Source of the DNA: a virus
Length of the DNA stretch: 64,000 bases
IMG/VR virus record: IMGVR_UViG_3300032401_000001
Span: 96,001-160,000 of that record
Reading direction: 5' to 3' (one strand)
The translations under genes and the position numbers were made by a program. Below are positions 33,511-43,410 of the stretch, piece after piece; positions within the stretch are counted from its first letter, which is position 1; every line of letters begins with the position of its first letter. Below the pieces are notes generated by a model that made no database searches, was not told the DNA's origin, and worked only from the letters and a program-made list of their open reading frames with translations.

Positions 33511-34284
33511 CTACGAGCTGGAGACGGGGGGCATCGCGTTCGGCAGCAGGTCGTTCGTGTTGGTCATCTCGAGGGCCGTCTGGTCGACCCAGCCCATGAC
33601 CTTGTTGAGCGAGGTGGCGCCGACTTTGGCCCAGGGGGCCATGACGCTGGATTCGAAGAAGGGCAGGAGTCGGTCGAAGACGCAGTTGACCTGCTCCATG
33701 ACCATGTTCTGGCCGGCGGTGACACCGATGGCGTAGGTGGTGATCATCATCAGCTCGGCGTAGACGCCGCCGATGTTGTGGTGAACCTTGTCGCGGAACA
33801 GCGCGCCGAGGCCGAACGGGATCAGGTAGAGCTCGGAGTCCAGGTTGACGTAGTACTGGTTGGCAGCATCACGGGCGGGCTTGTCATCGAAGTCGCCGAC
33901 CTTCAGACCGGATCGGCGCACGTTGTGCGCCAGCACGCGCAGCAGGTTGCGGCCGTTGAGGAACAGGCGGCTGAGCGTCACCTGACCCTGGGCCTTGCCG
34001 CTGACGAAGAAGGCGCGGCCGGAGCCGATGGCCATGACTGGCTGGGTGGGCTTCTGCTGGGTCACCTGGAACTGCTGCAGGTGGCCGATGGCCAGCATCT
34101 TGCTGTCGATGGTCTTGTCCGAGGCAGGACCGGACAGCGTGTCGGGAGACCGTGGCGTACCCGCCATCACCAGCGTGTCATCCGGATGCGCGGCGGTGTA
34201 GGCCGAGTTGTCCATGACGCGCTCGACGTAGTGGTCCTGGAATTCCCAGGTGGTCAGTCCGCGAGTGATCCCGATCTGGGGCAT
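33511..34284 (-). CDS. tail tube-like protein
   Basis: IGHLQQFQVTQQK...IGSGR...VSG...LSRL pattern and position downstream of the sheath gene. Confidence 0.55.
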   Translation of the reverse strand: MPQIGITRGLTTWEFQDHYVERVMDNSAYTAAHPDDTLVMAGTPRSPDTLSGPASDKTIDSKMLAIGHLQQFQVTQQKPTQPVMAIGSGRAFFVSGKAQGQVTLSRLFLNGRNLLRVLAHNVRRSGLKVGDFDDKPARDAANQYYVNLDSELYLIPFGLGALFRDKVHHNIGGVYAELMMITTYAIGVTAGQNMVMEQVNCVFDRLLPFFESSVMAPWAKVGATSLNKVMGWVDQTALEMTNTNDLLPNAMPPVSSS

Positions 34285-34294
34285 CGTCCTACTC

Positions 34295-35068
34295 CTATCC
34301 GTAACCCTGATTGTACTCCCACTGTGAAGCCGGGGGGAGACTTGTTGGGTTGCCGTAGTACTGCTGCGGGTCGAGCGGTAGGCCCTGCATCATCGGGCCG
34401 TAGACTTGCGGCATGGCGTAGCTGGGCTTGTTCGCAGTTCCGCGCACGAGGTCGATCATGCCTGGTTGGCCGATCGCCTTCATGGCGAGATCGGAACCGA
34501 CCATACCGCCGGCGAACGGCACGGCCTTGGCTCCAAGAATCTTGGCGCGTTCACCGAGGGTGCCGCTGCGAGTGAAGATCGCGCGTCCTTTGGTGAGTTC
34601 TTCGAGTCGATTGGCGCCGCCCGGTAGCACGCGACCCAGACCACGGGTGGCTAGACGTTCACCGGCCCCCCAACCCATACCGCTCAAGGCACCCAGACCG
34701 AAGCCGCGACCGAAGCCTTTGAGGCGGTCTCCAGGTTCAGAGAGCGCGGCTTCGATGCCACCGCCCAAGAGACCCCAGCTGCCCATCTGCCCGGCAAGAC
34801 CCTTGCCGAGTTCTTGGGCCTTCGGTGCGAGGCCAGCGATCCACGGAGTCTTGGCGCGACCCAGCAGGCCAACCAGCTTGTTGCCAGCCCAGGCGAAGGG
34901 TGCACCGGTGACGCTGCCGATGATTCCTGCTGTCTTAGAAGTGGTGGGTTTGGCTGCGAGACCGAGTTCTGCGAGGGCACCGTGGATGCCCTCTTTGCGC
35001 GCAGTGTTGGCCAGCTGGGCCAATGCAACTGTACCCAGGAGCGCTGCGGCGATGTCGTGCCCCGCCAT
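34295..35068 (-). CDS. Gly-rich putative virion/membrane protein
   Basis: EGIHGALAELGLAAK motif. Confidence 0.6.
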   Translation of the reverse strand: MAGHDIAAALLGTVALAQLANTARKEGIHGALAELGLAAKPTTSKTAGIIGSVTGAPFAWAGNKLVGLLGRAKTPWIAGLAPKAQELGKGLAGQMGSWGLLGGGIEAALSEPGDRLKGFGRGFGLGALSGMGWGAGERLATRGLGRVLPGGANRLEELTKGRAIFTRSGTLGERAKILGAKAVPFAGGMVGSDLAMKAIGQPGMIDLVRGTANKPSYAMPQVYGPMMQGLPLDPQQYYGNPTSLPPASQWEYNQGYG

Positions 35069-35087
35069 CGTGTGCTGCAGCCTTGGG

Positions 35088-37793
35088 CTAGGAGCTGATG
35101 AGGTGCAGGCCGATGCGGTTGAGGGGCTTCGGCATCTGCACTTCCATGTAGAGCTCGGCGCGATCCGCCGCGGCGGTGCTCTGGACCACGGAGGTGACGC
35201 TGGCTGAGAGCAGGGGGGCGCCGATCTTGGCGTACTTGCGCAGCTTCAGCAGGTCGATGCCGGTGTCCAGCGATTGGTTGAGCAGCCCGAGCGTCTCCTC
35301 GCTGATGTTGTACTGGCCGAGGAAGTCCTCGAGGATGTCCTGGAAGAACACTGAGATGAAGTCGAAGTTCTTGACGATGCTGTACTCACCGGTCTCGAGC
35401 GTGCTCGGGTCGGTGGTGAGCTGGTGGAGGCAGTAGGGCAGCGCCGAGGGCGTGTCTTGTACGAAGAGGAACCAGCCACCGTCCGACAGCGTGGTCAGCT
35501 GCGTGTCGCTGAAGTAGCGCGTCGAGTTGTAGATCTGGTCGACGCCCGCGATGCCGAGGTTGGTGAAGCCCTGATGCGACGGCAGGCCCGAGGTCAGGCC
35601 GCCGACGACGGCGGCCAGGTAGTAGCCCGGCTGGGCGTCGGCGGCTTCGGGGGTCGAGGGCACCGTACGGGACTTCGAACCGTCGACGAGCCCGTTGACC
35701 ATCACCGAGTCTGGCCACACCAGCACGGTACGCCGGCTCTTGAAGCTCTGCGCGATCGTGACCAGTTCGGTGACCTGGTCATCCTTGGTCAGCGCGCGGT
35801 TGACGCGGAAGCGCAGGGTGCTGTCGCCGACATCTGGCGCAGTGGCTTCGGCATCCTCATCGGCCGCCAGCACGATTGCGTTCTCGTTGGGGATGTAGGC
35901 GACGGGGTGGCTGAAGACCGTCGTGAACACCGTGGCGCTGATGGGGTTCGGGATCTCCAGTGCGTCACCAGCGATCACCATGTCGGTGAGGAAGGTCGCC
36001 GTGGGGCTCTGGATCATGCGGAAGACGCGCCGCGTGACGATGGCGGTGCCCGCCGGCACGGAGACGAGCGGCGCGTAGAGGCTGCCGATCAGAGCGGTCG
36101 TTGCGGTCCAGGCGCCGACCGGGGGGTTCTGCGTGGAGGCGATGGGCGTCCACTGGGCGGGCGTGACTACGGGCGACGTCGTGACCAGCCAGTCACCGTT
36201 GTCGGCGGCGCTGAGACCACCAGTGATGCGCAGGACCTTGCCGACGTGGGCGGCGAGTCCGACGATGCCGGCGTCGGCGGTGAAGAGGTTCGGTCCGGTG
36301 GTGGCGACACCGGCGATACAGGTGGTGCCGGAGACCGGCGTGCCGGTGCCGCGGATGATGTAGTACTTCGTCGTGCCGGACTGCTTGTTGGTGCTGGCGA
36401 ACGCGGTCGTGGTGCGCAGGCGCTTGTTGTCGTACACCTGAGCGACGGTGTAGGTGCCCTTCCGGGTGGCGACCGTGTCATCGACGATGACCAGCGTGTC
36501 GCCGGCGCGTACGCCGGCGGTGACGAAGGTGCCGGTGGCGTCGTAGAAGACGTTGATGGCGTCGGCAGCGACGATCGGCGTACCGGTGATGGCACCGTCC
36601 ACGGTGGCGTGGGCACCGTTGGCGAAGCTGGCGGCGTTGCTGGGACTGACGACCTTCGTGGTCGGCAGGGTCTGGGCGCCGAGAACGACGCGGAACTTCT
36701 GTGGGATGCCGGTGGTCTCGGAGTAGCTGACGCTGGCCAGCTGTTCGTACTGCGCCTTGTAGGTGGCGAGGATGCTCTTGTCCACGGTGAGGGGCACCGT
36801 GGCGTAGACGTCCTTGCGACCTTCGATGACTTCGAGGCACTCGCCGTGGCCGGTGGCGTCGTCCGACTTGACGCCGAAGAACTGGATGGGCGTAGTCGTG
36901 TTCTTGAGTGCGGCGATACAGCACCCGGCGAGCGGGTTGCGCGCGTCGTTCTTGCCGATCTTGGTGGTGACATCCGTCTCCGAGGAGACCGTGTCGAGTG
37001 CACGCAGATCCTGTCGCAGGGATCGGTACTCGACGTAGACCTCGGCGTAGCACACCGTGCGGACACTGGTCTCACTGGGGAGGACAATCACCGGGACGCC
37101 GGTTTCGGTGCTGATCAGGGCGGGCGTGGTGACGACGGTGGTCACGCCGCCCTGGACGATGATCTGGTTGTTGGTGATGACCACGAAGTTCGAGTCGACG
37201 GCGACGTCGTGGATTTCGCGTTCGACGCGGATCTTCAGCTTGCTGGCGCTACCCGCGGCGAAGTTGGTCGTCGTGTAGATGAAGTAGTTGGTGGCGTCGA
37301 CCGACAGCACCTGCTTGACGAGTCCCGTGCCCCCGGCGGGGTTCTCGATGATGACGTAGTCCCCGGCCCGCATGTTGGTCACTTGGGCCTTGAAGACGGT
37401 GCTGCAGCTACTGCAGTCGATCTTGTTGTGCGGGATGAAAGGTGAAGCCGTGGCTACCACGGCGCCGGTGGTGGGCGTGTTGTTGTCCTCGGCCATACGC
37501 ACGCGGCAGGCGTCGAAGTAGATCTGGACGCTGCTGGCATCGAGCAGCGCGCCGATCTTGTTGCCCGGTGGTTCCGCGATGGTGATGGCGTCGGTGGCCG
37601 CGGCCGGCGGCACGTACGGGTTGGCGGTGTCCTTCGTCCCGTAGTTGGAGGCGGCTTGGATGTCGCCCTTGTCGTCGAGGTAGTCCTTGACCCAGTACGC
37701 GGGGCCAGCGACCAGGCAGTTCAGATCGGGCGTGGCCGGCGTGACGGTGACGGACGCGTATTCTTGATAGACGAGAACAACTGGTCGTGCCAT
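35088..37793 (-). CDS. contractile tail sheath protein
   Basis: 901 aa; sheath-type C-terminus (HQLTTD...EYSIVKNFDF...VQMPKPLNRIGLHL). Confidence 0.75.
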   Translation of the reverse strand: MARPVVLVYQEYASVTVTPATPDLNCLVAGPAYWVKDYLDDKGDIQAASNYGTKDTANPYVPPAAATDAITIAEPPGNKIGALLDASSVQIYFDACRVRMAEDNNTPTTGAVVATASPFIPHNKIDCSSCSTVFKAQVTNMRAGDYVIIENPAGGTGLVKQVLSVDATNYFIYTTTNFAAGSASKLKIRVEREIHDVAVDSNFVVITNNQIIVQGGVTTVVTTPALISTETGVPVIVLPSETSVRTVCYAEVYVEYRSLRQDLRALDTVSSETDVTTKIGKNDARNPLAGCCIAALKNTTTPIQFFGVKSDDATGHGECLEVIEGRKDVYATVPLTVDKSILATYKAQYEQLASVSYSETTGIPQKFRVVLGAQTLPTTKVVSPSNAASFANGAHATVDGAITGTPIVAADAINVFYDATGTFVTAGVRAGDTLVIVDDTVATRKGTYTVAQVYDNKRLRTTTAFASTNKQSGTTKYYIIRGTGTPVSGTTCIAGVATTGPNLFTADAGIVGLAAHVGKVLRITGGLSAADNGDWLVTTSPVVTPAQWTPIASTQNPPVGAWTATTALIGSLYAPLVSVPAGTAIVTRRVFRMIQSPTATFLTDMVIAGDALEIPNPISATVFTTVFSHPVAYIPNENAIVLAADEDAEATAPDVGDSTLRFRVNRALTKDDQVTELVTIAQSFKSRRTVLVWPDSVMVNGLVDGSKSRTVPSTPEAADAQPGYYLAAVVGGLTSGLPSHQGFTNLGIAGVDQIYNSTRYFSDTQLTTLSDGGWFLFVQDTPSALPYCLHQLTTDPSTLETGEYSIVKNFDFISVFFQDILEDFLGQYNISEETLGLLNQSLDTGIDLLKLRKYAKIGAPLLSASVTSVVQSTAAADRAELYMEVQMPKPLNRIGLHLISS

Positions 37794-37890
37794 CTCGGTT
37801 TTCTCCTGCGTCAGTGTCCGCGCCGACGCGGCGCAGCGCCTGGTCCGGTCGAATTATAGGTCGCGGCTGGGGGTTCCACAACGTGACCGG

Positions 37891-38574
37891 TCAGGGCTTG
37901 CGCCGCATGACGACTTCGGTGAAGTAGTCGTTCGCGGTGGTGCCGGCAGCTTTGATGCGAACGGCGATCTGCTGGAGCAGGGGCTTGATGGGGACATAGG
38001 TCCAGACGACGTTGTACTGGACCTGGAAGTTGATCGGCGTGTTCCAGCACTCGGAGTCCATCTCGTAGGGAATGGTGCGGCCCAGGGTCGGGGGGCTCAT
38101 ATCATGCAGCCCGAAGGTCTTCTGGATGATGTCTGACGAGGCGTGCAGAGTCCACTGTACGATGTCGCCGAGGATGGCACTTTCGCCGCGCCGGGTGGCG
38201 ACGCATTCGATGATCACGGGCACTGTGGACAAGGCCCACTGCACGTCTTGACTGTTGCGCATCTGGTGGTGCGCGCGATCTCCGACGACCGACTTGCCGT
38301 AGACGCTCTGGTCCTTGTCGACGAAGATGGCGGGTTGCTTGTTGCGCAGCGTGGAGTTGTCGTCGAGCGCGGATTCGATCGTGATGGTGCTGGCCGTCGG
38401 ATCTTCTTGCCAGATCCAAGTGTCACGGCGGGGGCTGTCAGTTTCCGAGAACCGTTCGCGCAACACGCTGACGTACATGCCAATGATGGCCAGCGGCGAG
38501 CCGTCAACGATGTACTGTTGCTGTCCGCTGACGCGGACTGGCGGATACCCGGGGGGAGCGACGGCGCGTCTCAT
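37891..38574 (-). CDS. putative tail completion/terminator protein
   Basis: Position between neck and sheath genes; 227 aa. Confidence 0.5.
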   Translation of the reverse strand: MRRAVAPPGYPPVRVSGQQQYIVDGSPLAIIGMYVSVLRERFSETDSPRRDTWIWQEDPTASTITIESALDDNSTLRNKQPAIFVDKDQSVYGKSVVGDRAHHQMRNSQDVQWALSTVPVIIECVATRRGESAILGDIVQWTLHASSDIIQKTFGLHDMSPPTLGRTIPYEMDSECWNTPINFQVQYNVVWTYVPIKPLLQQIAVRIKAAGTTANDYFTEVVMRRKP

Positions 38575-38575
38575 G

Positions 38576-39424
38576 TCAGAACAGCGGCGGAATCGTCCGC
38601 GGGTCTACAGGGATAGTGTACTCGACGGCGCCCCGGGCGAGCAACGATGTCGTGACCACTTGGTGTACAGGTTTACGTACGATTTCCGTCTGGGTTTGGC
38701 GCTCGACGGTGTAACGGTTGTCGGTAGCGATCTCGACCAGGAGATCGTCATCCTGCAACAGCGGTACGTCGAGCAACTGGATGTTGTGCTTGGTCGATTC
38801 AACTTTGCCGGGGGTTCCGGTGGCGGCGGTGACGGCCTGCGGCGGGTAAACCCGGCCCACGGTCAAGACGGGGTTCCAGTAACCGCCCTTGAAGCTGGTA
38901 CCGTAGCAGATGGGACAGGCTTCACGCGTGACGGCCCGTGTGAGTTTGTCGTAGCAGACATCGCAGCGTTCGCCCCAGCGGCGGCGTTTGAGGACAGCGA
39001 GCTGGACGCCGTTGATGCGGGTCAGCGTGATGCGTTCGTCATAGAGCAGGCGACGACGCAAACCGCGCTGGTGGGGAAGCAGGGTCGCGTCGGTGCGGTA
39101 AAGACCGTGGGGTTCGGTCTGCGCACTGTTGGCACATCCCGAAGGTGGGATGACCGTCACCTGGTAGTAGATCTGGCGCTGCAGGGAGTAGAGGTGAGCT
39201 TTACCGTCGCTGGGCAACGCGGGTTGCACAGTCAGGTCGTCGATGTAGTTGTAGCCGTTCTGCAGACTGGCGGTGAGGATTTCCCACGGTCCTGCGGATG
39301 ACCCCGAACGTTCGACTTTGAAGAGGTAACTGCCGCGTTCGGTCGGTTGCAGCAGGTCCCACTGCAGGTAGACGCGTCGTGGATGCAGGGGCACTAGCTG
39401 GGAGATGCAGATGCCGAGGGCCAC
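38576..39424 (-). CDS. putative neck/head-closure protein
   Basis: RCDVC...CPICYGT motif seen in myovirus neck proteins; position. Confidence 0.55.
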   Translation of the reverse strand: MALGICISQLVPLHPRRVYLQWDLLQPTERGSYLFKVERSGSSAGPWEILTASLQNGYNYIDDLTVQPALPSDGKAHLYSLQRQIYYQVTVIPPSGCANSAQTEPHGLYRTDATLLPHQRGLRRRLLYDERITLTRINGVQLAVLKRRRWGERCDVCYDKLTRAVTREACPICYGTSFKGGYWNPVLTVGRVYPPQAVTAATGTPGKVESTKHNIQLLDVPLLQDDDLLVEIATDNRYTVERQTQTEIVRKPVHQVVTTSLLARGAVEYTIPVDPRTIPPLF

Positions 39425-39428
39425 CGGA

Positions 39429-40085
39429 TCACTCCGAGACGAAGCGGACGATGGAGTTCGTGGCGGGGTTCTGCAACCGGCGGTCGTAGTGCTCCCAGAT
39501 ATTGCCGACGTCGGAGCTGGGGACGTCGTAGAGGGTCATCGCTTGTCGTTGGGGAGTCTGGTCGGGTACCGAGACCTCGGCGCCAGCGTGCGACAGTGAG
39601 CCACCGCCACCACTGCCAGCGCCGACTTGAGGCTCGTTGTCGCCCGGAATCTGTTCGTGCCGGGTGACTTCGCCGTTCTCACTCGACTGCAGGTTCCCCT
39701 CGAGCAAGCCACGACGGCGGCGTGAAGAGTGCGGCGCCGGGGGTAGACGCCACTCCGGGGCTTCACGCTGGAGGTCCTCCGGGGGACCGCTCATGGCACT
39801 CTGCTTCGAGAGTACCGGGGTAGCGGGACCAACGGGCGGCGCGCCTTGTTCAGCCGTTGGCGTTGCTGGTAGTTGGTCACGGCGGACGAGGTCCGGAAAG
39901 TCAGCGAGTCCGAGATGTTTGAGCAGGGCTTGGCCAGGATCGACGGGCTGGCCAGTGAGATCGACGTACTTGTCGGCCAGATTCGTGGCGGAGTCACTTA
40001 CGGCTAGGCCGGCGATGCCGGCCTGTTTGAGGAGACCCACCGCATGCAGTGCACAGCGGTAGCCGATCGCGTGGAAGTTGCTCAC
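39429..40085 (-). CDS. putative internal virion protein
   Basis: GTGA overlap; FHAIGYRCALHAVGLLKQA motif. Confidence 0.6.
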   Translation of the reverse strand: MSNFHAIGYRCALHAVGLLKQAGIAGLAVSDSATNLADKYVDLTGQPVDPGQALLKHLGLADFPDLVRRDQLPATPTAEQGAPPVGPATPVLSKQSAMSGPPEDLQREAPEWRLPPAPHSSRRRRGLLEGNLQSSENGEVTRHEQIPGDNEPQVGAGSGGGGSLSHAGAEVSVPDQTPQRQAMTLYDVPSSDVGNIWEHYDRRLQNPATNSIVRFVSE

Positions 40086-40579
40086 AGGTACCTCCCGCGC
40101 CGGCCGATGTACGAGTAGCCGCTGCCGACGAAGCCGTACGCGCTCTCCATGTTCATCTGGTTCTTGATGGCGCGGGCCATCTGCTGCCACTCGTCACGCA
40201 GCGCCTGGGCCAGCGCGACATAGGCGTTGGCCTTCTCGTAGATGCCGCTCGGTGAGACGTCACCGTCCTGGGCGCTGATCTGGTTGCGCAGCTGATGGAA
40301 GCCTTCGCTCATCATCAGGAAGCGCGACGCACCGATGAGTAGCAGATATTCGTTGGGGAAGTTCTCACGGGTGTAGCTACCGATGGGCGTCATGCCATTG
40401 AAGGCGGAGACGGCCATTTCGATGGAGTTGTCCAGCTCTTCGTCGGTGAACTGGACGGTGTCGAGGATGATGTTGCCCTGCCCGCCGGGCAGTACGTCCA
40501 GCGCGTAGTCGCGCAGGAACATGCGGATCTTCTGTTCCGTGACGACGAACGGCGTAGCGGGAGTCAGGACGACGGGCAT
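40082..40579 (-). CDS. putative head-tail adaptor
   Basis: 165 aa helical protein; position in the neck module. Confidence 0.55.
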   Translation of the reverse strand: MPVVLTPATPFVVTEQKIRMFLRDYALDVLPGGQGNIILDTVQFTDEELDNSIEMAVSAFNGMTPIGSYTRENFPNEYLLLIGASRFLMMSEGFHQLRNQISAQDGDVSPSGIYEKANAYVALAQALRDEWQQMARAIKNQMNMESAYGFVGSGYSYIGRRGRYL

Positions 40580-40598
40580 GACTTTACCTCGTAAAGCG

Positions 40599-41066
40599 CT
40601 AGGTGATGCCCGAGTCGAGGCTGAGAATGATGCGTGCTACCATGGCGAGAGTACCGCCGCTGGTGACGATCTTGAGCTTGTCGCCGCGGAACAGGTAGAA
40701 GCGTTCGTACTCCGTTCGCATGATGTACTGGCTGCTGCTGCCCGTGGCGACTTGAATTACATCGCCGGTACGGGTGACGATGGAGACGGTCCAGGTCACG
40801 GCGCTGCCGAAGTTGGCTGCGATGCCTTCGACGCAGACGGGGAAGGTCTGCTGCCACTCGAAGAGACCGCCCTTGTCGCCGGCGATCTTCGTGACGTCGT
40901 TCGCTTGTTTGTAGCGGGCGACGCAGTCTTCGGTATCGAAGTAGGGTGCGAATGCGACGCCAGCCAGTGACGGGGCTTCGCCGGTGAACTGGGAGCCCGC
41001 CTTGATGCGCTGTTCGAGGCAGGTGGCGACAGTCTGGATCTCGACAGCGTCTTTCTTGAACTCCAT
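40599..41066 (-). CDS. putative structural protein
   Basis: GGAG SD; 155 aa. Confidence 0.65.
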   Translation of the reverse strand: MEFKKDAVEIQTVATCLEQRIKAGSQFTGEAPSLAGVAFAPYFDTEDCVARYKQANDVTKIAGDKGGLFEWQQTFPVCVEGIAANFGSAVTWTVSIVTRTGDVIQVATGSSSQYIMRTEYERFYLFRGDKLKIVTSGGTLAMVARIILSLDSGIT

Positions 41067-41080
41067 GAGTCTTCTCCGTC

Positions 41081-41647
41081 CTAGGGGACGATCACCTGCT
41101 GCGTGTTGGGACCGAAGGCCCCCGGTTTGAAAAACTGGATCACGTAGGTGAAGCCCGCTTCGACTGTGATGGGTTGATTCCAGCGTCCGTCAGTACCGGT
41201 CGACGTGGTACCGACGGCGGCTGCGTAGTTGCCGAGGTCGAAGTCGATTTTCTTCCAGATGCGGATCTGAACTCCGACCAGTGGGTGATTGTCGGGGTCG
41301 ATCGGCTGCAGTTCGTTTACCCCGCCGTAGTCCTGGTTGAGGACGACGGTGTTGGGAAATGGCGGTGGCGTGGTCGACTCGGAAGGTTGAAACGGATCTG
41401 ACCAGCCGCTCGGATTGCCGTCGGTGTCGACGGCGCGTTCGCGATACCACAGCGTGGTGCTGCCGGTGGCATCGACGTAGAAGAAGCGGTTCGAGGTTGG
41501 GTCGTAGTCCGGTCCTGGAATGACGTGCGCAATGCTGACCAGGTCGGTCCAGGTGCCGGGTACACCAGCAACGTCCGGTGCCCGCTGCCAGTCGTAGCGG
41601 GAGATGTCCGACTCGGTGTTCGGCAGCCAGGTCAGTCGGATGCTCAC
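41081..41647 (-). CDS. Fn3/Ig-like virion protein
   Basis: IRLTW...YDWQR...WYRERAVD..GN.SGWS pattern. Confidence 0.65.
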   Translation of the reverse strand: MSIRLTWLPNTESDISRYDWQRAPDVAGVPGTWTDLVSIAHVIPGPDYDPTSNRFFYVDATGSTTLWYRERAVDTDGNPSGWSDPFQPSESTTPPPFPNTVVLNQDYGGVNELQPIDPDNHPLVGVQIRIWKKIDFDLGNYAAAVGTTSTGTDGRWNQPITVEAGFTYVIQFFKPGAFGPNTQQVIVP

Positions 41648-41964
41648 GACGCATCACCTCGAGGATCACGCGGGGTTGCCGGCGGTTCGGTGCCGACGAC
41701 TTCGCTTCCTTCTGTACCATGCGGCACAGTCGGCGGTTCAATTGTAGTGTCGATCCCCGTCGGACCACAAGGTACGTGCGGAGGTCCGGCGCCGCTGGCT
41801 TCCATGCCAATGGGGACGTGCGGCGGCACCGGTTCGGCGATGCCTTCTGGGGCGCAGGGGCGGTGCGGCAGAGGTCCGTAGTGCCCTTCAGGGTCGTCTG
41901 GGGCGCGGATTTCTTGGAGGTTGATGTACCCCAGCATGCCATCGGTGATGAGGGAGATGGTCAT
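41644..41964 (-). CDS. Pro-rich low-complexity protein
   Basis: PPHVPIG/PPHVPCG/PPTVPHG repeats; coupled on both sides. Confidence 0.55.
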   Translation of the reverse strand: MTISLITDGMLGYINLQEIRAPDDPEGHYGPLPHRPCAPEGIAEPVPPHVPIGMEASGAGPPHVPCGPTGIDTTIEPPTVPHGTEGSEVVGTEPPATPRDPRGDAS

Positions 41965-42686
41965 GCGTCACGTACCGAACGCGCGGTGGCTGCACGTTCG
42001 ATGTGACCGGGGATCTCAGTGGTCATGAATGCGTAGACGGCTAGTTCGCCTTCACCGGTACCGCCGGCTGTGGCGGCCAACGCGGTGGCTTTGTCGGGGA
42101 AGATGCGGACGCGGCCGCTGATCATGAGGCCGCGGGTGTTGTAGGTCATCTCGTCGATGAAGTAGTTCTCTTTCTGCAAGGCCAGAATGCGCCGCACCGC
42201 ATCACCAAAAGATCCGGCGATGACGTGCGCGAGTTGCGTTTCATCCCAGACAGCGGCGGCGACGCTACCGGGCAAGGCCTTGATCTTGTCGGCGAGCCAG
42301 CCGAGGCGAATTTCAAAGCCGACGGGCAAACCGGGAGCGTCGCTCTCGACGTCTTGCAGAACCACGACTTCGTAGATGTCGGTGGCGACGGCGTTGACGA
42401 TGGCGCCGGTGTTGAGCCCCTTCACGTGAGGTGCTGTGTTGAGCTCATAGATGCCGGGGCTGTAGATCGGGTCGACTTCGATCAGCGGCAGTAGCAACTG
42501 GCCGACGGCGCCACCCGCCTTGAAGCTGTTGTCAGCCCAGTCGAGATAGAGGTCGTCATTGATGCGGCGAACACGGAGCTTGATACTGGTCTTGCCGATC
42601 AGGGGTAGTCCATCGAGGCCGAAGATCTGTACCTCGACGGGTTCGGTCTCGCCAAACGGCAGATTGACGGACTCACCGCCGTACAT
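41961..42686 (-). CDS. putative structural protein
   Basis: 241 aa. Confidence 0.65.
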   Translation of the reverse strand: MYGGESVNLPFGETEPVEVQIFGLDGLPLIGKTSIKLRVRRINDDLYLDWADNSFKAGGAVGQLLLPLIEVDPIYSPGIYELNTAPHVKGLNTGAIVNAVATDIYEVVVLQDVESDAPGLPVGFEIRLGWLADKIKALPGSVAAAVWDETQLAHVIAGSFGDAVRRILALQKENYFIDEMTYNTRGLMISGRVRIFPDKATALAATAGGTGEGELAVYAFMTTEIPGHIERAATARSVRDA

Positions 42687-42698
42687 GCGCCCATTCTA

Positions 42699-43046
42699 CT
42701 ACTTCCCGGCAGTGTTCGCGCCGTTGTTGCCGTGACGATGACGGATCCGGTCGTAGACGCGGGCGGCAGCGGCCGTAGCCGTCTTGACGGCGGCGCTGGC
42801 GATTTCAGCTTGGGCCAGTGCGCGGGCGGTCTTGCCGTTGCCCCGCAACTGCTTCTGTGTCAACAGGGCTTGCTTCAGGACTTCAGGATCGAGGATTTGC
42901 TTGCCCACCATGAAGAGGCCCAGTAGTTCGTCAGGTGAGACTTGTTGACGTTCCTGGATGGCGGCCTTGAGTTGTTGCGCGGTGATCACACCAGTGGTGA
43001 CGAGGATGCAACCGATCGAAGTGGGGTCGTCTGCTGGGTCTATCAC
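42699..43046 (-). CDS. MshEN-like domain protein
   Basis: AGGAGG SD before GTG; tandem IGxILVxxGVI...L..AI and LGxxxV...IL...L..AL.TQ motifs. Confidence 0.6.
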   Translation of the reverse strand: MIDPADDPTSIGCILVTTGVITAQQLKAAIQERQQVSPDELLGLFMVGKQILDPEVLKQALLTQKQLRGNGKTARALAQAEIASAAVKTATAAAARVYDRIRHRHGNNGANTAGK

Positions 43047-43056
43047 GCAGCACCTC

Positions 43057-43314
43057 CTACCCCTCTTTTCGTTTGATGCCAGCCAGGTCGCGTTCGACAT
43101 CGTCGAGGTTGTGTTCGATGCCTTCGAGGGTACGGTTGAACTCGGTCATCGCCTTGGTCATGTCGGTGAAGAGATCGAAAGCTCGATCCGTGAGTTTCTC
43201 GCGGGCCTTGCGTTCGAAGTAGTAGAGCACCAGGAGGAGCGCCGCGATGAGTCCACCGACGGGACCAATCTTGTCGGCGAACTGCTTTACCAGGTAAAGG
43301 AAGAAGGATTCCAT
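43057..43314 (-). CDS. holin-like small membrane protein
   Basis: TM helix followed by a coiled coil and a basic C-terminus. Confidence 0.5.
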   Translation of the reverse strand: MESFFLYLVKQFADKIGPVGGLIAALLLVLYYFERKAREKLTDRAFDLFTDMTKAMTEFNRTLEGIEHNLDDVERDLAGIKRKEG

Positions 43315-43410
43315 AGCGCAGCACTCGCACGTGGGTAGGGGTGGTGCAGCACATGCCTCTCCCTTCAGTATAGGCTGCGCGGGTGCATCTATGGAAGGTG
43401 GAAGCTGGAA

